A DNA stretch of 64,000 nucleotides, from NCBI GenBank assembly GCA_963676615.1, contig OY781092.1, positions 416,001-480,000 on the forward strand. Direction: 5' to 3'. The notes beneath the pieces were generated by a model. It worked only from the letters and a program-made list of their open reading frames with translations, did not search any database and had not been told where the DNA came from. The stretch comes from Candidatus Cloacimonadota bacterium (lineage in GTDB: Bacteria; Cloacimonadota; Cloacimonadia; G963667145). Of this stretch, positions 59,017 through 64,000 are shown piece after piece; within the stretch, counting starts at the first letter, position 1, and each line of letters begins with the position of its first letter. Position numbers and translations under genes: made by a program.

Positions 59017-60471
59017 ATGAAAAAAATAGTATTGTTTGTATTTTTAGCTTTGCCAATTTTTCTTTTGGCAGAGGGTAACAGTTTTGTGGCAAAAGGCGGA
59101 ATCGGCTCGATAACGCTAAATGACCAAGTTTACAATCGTGTTTCGCTGTATCCAGAGCTGTCGGTGTGGAAGTTTGCGTTGGGTCTAGACATTGAACTTC
59201 TGTTTGATAAAGACGGCAAAATTTACAAAAAAGATTGGGAAGACGCCGAAGATTATGTGAACAAAATTCTTTATTTTCGTTTTGCACAAAGGGGCGACCC
59301 TTTCTATTTTTTGATGGGAAATATCAGTTCATACACCTTGGGTAAAGGACTGATTATGCAAGATTATTGCAACGATTTGCTCTATCCAGACGAGCGCAAA
59401 CTGGGGGCGATGGTTGGTTTTAATGTAGCAAATTGGTCGGCAGAATTTTTCTCGGCAGATGTAATCGAAAACGACATTTTGGCGGCAAGAGTTGCCTACT
59501 CTCCTATCAGCAGGTTACAAATTGGTGTTTCTGGAGCGGCAGATTTAGACCAATACAACGGCATCAGCGACCAAGACGGCGACAATTTTCCCGATATTTA
59601 CGACGATTTCCCAAACGACGAAAATTATTACGATAAATACCAAAAAGACAAAACCGCTTTGCGAGAAGCGTGGATCAAAAAGTTTGGCGACGATAGCGGT
59701 TTTGAGGACTATTTCAACGACCTTCTCGCCGAGAGCGATCACAAAAAATTGGACGAGCTAAAAAAGAGCGAAGACGGCAAAAAAGAGGTGTATGAGGTTG
59801 GCGCCGATTACACGGTTGACATCTATCGAGGTCGCTCACTATTTTTGCAACATTACGGCGAGGTCGCTCACATTGTAGATCACGGCTATGGCTTTGTTTT
59901 CCCTGGATTTATCGCCAAGTTTTTCATTTTCGATTTGAACGCTGGATTTAGACATTACGGCAAAGAGTTTACCGCTCCTTATTTTGGGCATCTCTACGAT
60001 CAGAACAGAGTGGAAGTGACCAAAGTGGGCGATAGCGCAGTTATCGTGACCAAAGAGGAGCAACTGGATAACCTCAAAGCTGCTAACGGTTGGCAGGCAA
60101 CTTTGACCAGCGATTTTTTCGGCGTGATGGATCTGAAGGTCAGCTACAACAATATGCACTACGACGACGACAAGCTTGCTCATCAAAATATCCAAGGAAT
60201 TGAAGGGGTTTTGAGTCTTAGACCCAATGTCGTTCCCAAAATTTCTACCGCTTACATTAAATATTCTCAAGAGAACGAACCGAAACTTTTTGAACATTGG
60301 AAAACGGAAACGACCTACATCGAGGGTAAAGTTGGATTGGAACTAACCGCTTCCACGAGCGTAAATTGGCTTTACACGGAAAGATACAAAGACCTCAACG
60401 GCGACGGAAAAATAAGCGGCAGAGACGAGACTATCTCCAATGTGAGCTTCGGCGTTGAGATGACATTTTAG
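59017..60471 (+). CDS. hypothetical outer-membrane beta-barrel protein with DxDGD Ca-binding motifs
   Basis: Signal peptide, amphipathic strands, terminal Phe, DQDGDNFPD and DLNGDG. Confidence 0.65.
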   Translation: MKKIVLFVFLALPIFLLAEGNSFVAKGGIGSITLNDQVYNRVSLYPELSVWKFALGLDIELLFDKDGKIYKKDWEDAEDYVNKILYFRFAQRGDPFYFLMGNISSYTLGKGLIMQDYCNDLLYPDERKLGAMVGFNVANWSAEFFSADVIENDILAARVAYSPISRLQIGVSGAADLDQYNGISDQDGDNFPDIYDDFPNDENYYDKYQKDKTALREAWIKKFGDDSGFEDYFNDLLAESDHKKLDELKKSEDGKKEVYEVGADYTVDIYRGRSLFLQHYGEVAHIVDHGYGFVFPGFIAKFFIFDLNAGFRHYGKEFTAPYFGHLYDQNRVEVTKVGDSAVIVTKEEQLDNLKAANGWQATLTSDFFGVMDLKVSYNNMHYDDDKLAHQNIQGIEGVLSLRPNVVPKISTAYIKYSQENEPKLFEHWKTETTYIEGKVGLELTASTSVNWLYTERYKDLNGDGKISGRDETISNVSFGVEMTF

Positions 60472-60493
60472 TAAGAAAAAATAAGGAATAAAA

Positions 60494-61879
60494 ATGGTTA
60501 GAGTTAGATTTGCGCCTTCTCCGACAGGAAAATTGCATCTTGGCGGACTTCGGACGGCCTTATACGATTACGCTTACGCCAAAAATCAGGGCGGCAAGTT
60601 CATTTTGCGAATTGAGGACACGGATCAAACGCGTTTTGTGGAAGGAGCGACAGAAAATCTGATTAACTCTCTGAAAATGATGGGCTTAGATTTTGACGAA
60701 GGGCCAACATTTCAAAGTCAGCGGCTTGATATTTACAAAAAATACGCTTTGCAATTGATTGAGCAGGGCGACGCCTACTACTGTTTTTGCACACAAAAAG
60801 AGCTGGATTTGGCGCGTCAACGGCAGAAAGAGCTTAAATTACCGACGAAATATCCCGAAACTTGTCGCAATCTTCCTCAAGAAGAGGTGGAGAAAAATCT
60901 GGCGCAGGGCTTGCCGTATGTGATTCGCTTGGCGATGCCCAAAGACAAAGATTTCGTAATTTTCGACAAAGTGCGCGGCAAAGTTAAAATCGACTCCTCG
61001 CTTTTGGATGATCAGGTGATTTTGAAGTCGGACGGTTTTCCGACCTACCATTTGGCGGCTGTCGTGGACGATCATTTGATGGAAATCTCGCATGTGATAC
61101 GCGGTGAAGAGTGGCTTTATTCGACGCCGAAGCACATTCACCTTTACGACTGTTTGGGCTGGAAGCCGCCGATTTGGGTGCACCTGCCGCTTATTTTGAA
61201 CGAGAATAAGGCGAAACTCAGCAAACGGGACGGCGATTTTTCGGTTGGTGCGTATCTGGAAAAAGGTTATCTGCCGCAGGCGATTATCAATTTTGTGGCG
61301 CTTTTGGGTTGGAATCCAAAAAACGAGCAAGAGATTTTTGATTTGCAATATTTGTGCGACAAGTTCTCTTTTAAGGCTGTGAACAAAGCGGGTGCGGTGT
61401 TTGATGAGCGGAAGCTGGAGTGGATGAACGGGCAGTATATTCGCAAAATGGATCTGCAGGAGCTGGCAGATTTGTTGAAAAAGTACTTTATTGAGGCGGA
61501 AATCGACATCAGCGACGAGCAAAAATATCTGAAAGTTATCGATGTTGCCAAAGATTATCTTGTTCTCTTGCCGCAGGTGGTGCCGCATTCGAAAATGTTT
61601 TATCAGGAGCTTGAGTTTACCGACGAAGATTTGGCGCTTTTGCACGCGCAAGAGTCGCAAGCGGTTTTTGGCTATTATCTAGAAAATTTGCCGAATTGTG
61701 AAGATTATGAGCAGTTCGTCAAAACGGCGTCCGCCGAGCTTGGCATAAAGGGAAAAGCTTATTTCTTCCCGCTTCGTTTGGCACTTTTTGGCAACAGCTC
61801 AGGACCGAATATCCCTATTTTGCTAGATATTTTGGGGAAAGAAGAGAGTAAAAAGCGACTTGAAAAAGTTATGCTTTAG
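60494..61879 (+). CDS. gltX: glutamate--tRNA ligase
   Basis: RFAPSPTG.LHLGG, RIEDTD and KLSKR motifs. Confidence 0.98.
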   Translation: MVRVRFAPSPTGKLHLGGLRTALYDYAYAKNQGGKFILRIEDTDQTRFVEGATENLINSLKMMGLDFDEGPTFQSQRLDIYKKYALQLIEQGDAYYCFCTQKELDLARQRQKELKLPTKYPETCRNLPQEEVEKNLAQGLPYVIRLAMPKDKDFVIFDKVRGKVKIDSSLLDDQVILKSDGFPTYHLAAVVDDHLMEISHVIRGEEWLYSTPKHIHLYDCLGWKPPIWVHLPLILNENKAKLSKRDGDFSVGAYLEKGYLPQAIINFVALLGWNPKNEQEIFDLQYLCDKFSFKAVNKAGAVFDERKLEWMNGQYIRKMDLQELADLLKKYFIEAEIDISDEQKYLKVIDVAKDYLVLLPQVVPHSKMFYQELEFTDEDLALLHAQESQAVFGYYLENLPNCEDYEQFVKTASAELGIKGKAYFFPLRLALFGNSSGPNIPILLDILGKEESKKRLEKVML

Positions 61880-61907
61880 ATTGTCATATTAAAAAGGAGG
61901 GCAAATT

Positions 61908-63053
61908 ATGAAGAAATTTTTAATCTTGTGCATTTTTTTGGCAGGAATCAGCGCAATGTGGGCGAAAGACGACGACATCTCCTCGATGCTTGGAGGTTTG
62001 GGCGAAAGCTTGGGCAAATCCTATGCTGGACCTTTGCCAGAAGGATTTTGCACCAATATGAACTCGGGTTGGTTCAACAAAGCTCCCGAAGATGAGATTT
62101 TGGGCTTTGATTTGGAACTTTCGCTTGTTGGTATGGGCACAAAATTTGAAGAGAGCGACAAAACTTTCGAGATAAACAATCCTGTGCCGATTACAATCTC
62201 CAAAGAGATGGTCAGAAATTTGGCGACCGATTTGGTAGAAGGTAACAATGTGCCAGAAGGGGCACAACGGGGCGAGATAACTCGATTGACGGACTATATT
62301 TGGGAAAAATTGGATGGAGAGGGAGATGAAAAAACGATAGGCAATGTAAATGTTACCGCTTATGGACCAACGGTTGTAGGTAGCGAAGAAGACGAAGTTA
62401 TGATTGTGATAGATAATAGCGGATTGACAAATTATACAGATTCAGTTACAGGTAGTAATTACAAGCTTTCTGATGTAAAAAACAGAACGATTAAATCGGG
62501 CGTAACTGGATTGGATTTGCCGATACTTCCGCTGGGAGCTTTTCAGATTTCCCTGGGGACACTCTATGGCACAAGAGGCACTTTCAGATTTTTGCCGCCG
62601 ATAGATGTGGACGAAAAAATCGGTAAAGTCAGCTACTACGGAGGCGCTCTGCAACACAATCCAAAAATGTTTTTGCCTGCTTTGGATATTTTGCCTTTCG
62701 ACCTAGATGTTTCTGGCTCGTATCAGATTTTTAAACTCGGCAGCATCATCAAATCTACCGCTTGGACAGCCGGAATGAATGTCAGCAGAAAATTCGGCTG
62801 GGACTTTTTGAACCTCACACCGTATGCTGGAGTTATGTTGGAGTCCAGCACGATGAAATTTAGCTACGATTACGAGTTGGATTTGGATAACGGTGAAACA
62901 GAAAAAATTCCTATCTCTTTTGATGTTGACGGACCAAACAAATATCGCATTCCTCTTGGATTAGGAGTTAGACTCGGGATTTTGAACATCAGCGGAGAGT
63001 ATTTCTTTGCCAAGCAAAGCGGATTTTCGGCAGCAGTTGCCGTCGCTTTTTAG
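61908..63053 (+). CDS. hypothetical outer-membrane protein (DUF6588-like)
   Basis: Signal peptide, MNSGWFN.A, RFLP and terminal Phe. Confidence 0.6.
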   Translation: MKKFLILCIFLAGISAMWAKDDDISSMLGGLGESLGKSYAGPLPEGFCTNMNSGWFNKAPEDEILGFDLELSLVGMGTKFEESDKTFEINNPVPITISKEMVRNLATDLVEGNNVPEGAQRGEITRLTDYIWEKLDGEGDEKTIGNVNVTAYGPTVVGSEEDEVMIVIDNSGLTNYTDSVTGSNYKLSDVKNRTIKSGVTGLDLPILPLGAFQISLGTLYGTRGTFRFLPPIDVDEKIGKVSYYGGALQHNPKMFLPALDILPFDLDVSGSYQIFKLGSIIKSTAWTAGMNVSRKFGWDFLNLTPYAGVMLESSTMKFSYDYELDLDNGETEKIPISFDVDGPNKYRIPLGLGVRLGILNISGEYFFAKQSGFSAAVAVAF

Positions 63054-63078
63054 AGCTTGCCCAAAATTGTTGTAAATC

Positions 63079-64000
63079 TTGAAAATTTTAGTAATTCATA
63101 CCGCTTTCTTGGGAGATGTCGTTTTAGCCACATCTTTTTTGGAAGCGGTAAAATTATTTTTTCCCGATAGCCAGTTGGATATTTTGGTTACCCCAGAAAA
63201 TGAAGGCGTTTTAGCAAACAGTCCAATTTTGAGGAAAGTTTTGACTTTCGATAAAAAAAGCTCAAAATTGAAATCTTTTTGGCAAACTTTATCAAAAATC
63301 AAAAAAGAAAAATACAATATCGCTTTTTTGCTTCACTCCTCTTTTACAACCGCATTTTTAGCTTTTGCGGGCGGAATTTCTCGGCGAGTTGGATTTAGAC
63401 GAAATTTTTCCCAACTTTTCTTGACAGATAGGGTCGAATTTAGACACGATTGCCACAGGATTAAAAAAAATTTTGCACTTTTGTCCGTTTTTGGCAACAA
63501 AAAAGAGATGCCGCCGACGAAAATTTATCCCAAAATTTTGCCTGCGTTGTTTGATAATGGGGAAAAGACGGTTGCTGTGGCGCCTGGCAGCGTTTGGAAT
63601 ACCAAGCGGTTGCCAAAAGAGAAGTTCAAAGAGATTTTGGATCGCTTGCCAAAAGTAAATTTGCTCTTTGTTGGCTCACGAGGCGAGCGGGAGCTTTGCA
63701 GGCAGATAATTGAAAGCTTGCAGGTGAATGCGAGAGCCAAAAATATCGCTGGAGAGTGCTCGATTTTGCAGTCGGCAGAGTATTTGCGGCAGGCTGATTT
63801 GGTGCTTTGTAACGATAGTGGGGTTTTGCATTTGGCGGAGGCTGTCGATACGAGGGTTTTTGCGTTTTTTGGTCCTACAGTAAAGAAGTTAGGCTATTTT
63901 CCTTATAAAAAGGAAGATAAGATGTTTGAAGTTGATTTGGATTGTCGGCCGTGCGGCAAACATGGTCACGACAGATGTCCGCTGGGGCATCATAATTGTA
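63079..64000 (+). CDS. glycosyltransferase family 9 (heptosyltransferase), 3' truncated by window
   Basis: Manual translation MKILVIHTAFLGDVVL...APGSVWNTKR...NDSGVLHLA..FFGPT..CRPCGKHG; absent from the ORF track because there is no stop. Confidence 0.9.
   Translation, partial: MKILVIHTAFLGDVVLATSFLEAVKLFFPDSQLDILVTPENEGVLANSPILRKVLTFDKKSSKLKSFWQTLSKIKKEKYNIAFLLHSSFTTAFLAFAGGISRRVGFRRNFSQLFLTDRVEFRHDCHRIKKNFALLSVFGNKKEMPPTKIYPKILPALFDNGEKTVAVAPGSVWNTKRLPKEKFKEILDRLPKVNLLFVGSRGERELCRQIIESLQVNARAKNIAGECSILQSAEYLRQADLVLCNDSGVLHLAEAVDTRVFAFFGPTVKKLGYFPYKKEDKMFEVDLDCRPCGKHGHDRCPLGHHNC

Overview
Bacterial chromosomal window, mostly housekeeping and envelope genes on the + strand. It includes the pdxJ 3' end, bamA, a BtuF/BtuC-like pair, split fumarase, yggS, YfhO, tRNA-Lys/Glu, a MoxR-DUF58-Bat operon, rimO, a RelBE-type TA pair, a Xdh-family Mo subunit, a Fur-feoABC locus, DUF2723, valS, mutS2, pyk, a U32 protein, rmuC, gltX and a GT9. 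The 16S sequence and gene style suggest Cloacimonadota, but this is from recognition only and unchecked. The most interesting part is 40.9-52.4 kb. (1) A (GTCA)5 repeat sits inside a leader peptide just before a terminator, and its repeat number predicts ON/OFF attenuation of an AT-rich surface lipoprotein. (2) The 23S gene of a complete rRNA operon carries an intervening sequence closed by a perfect 20-bp stem and filled by a GIY-YIG nuclease ORF. (3) The ITS carries a deleted four-helix-bundle (IVP-like) gene between inverted heptamer arrays. (4) Downstream of 5S lie an intact IS256, a deleted tyrosine integrase and an integron-like cassette with complementary core sites, carrying a HEPN gene and a Cas2/VapD-like gene. 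Two single-base homopolymer anomalies (the fur-feoA fusion and the K+ channel tail) may be real or assembly errors. All protein calls come from motif recognition; no searches were run.
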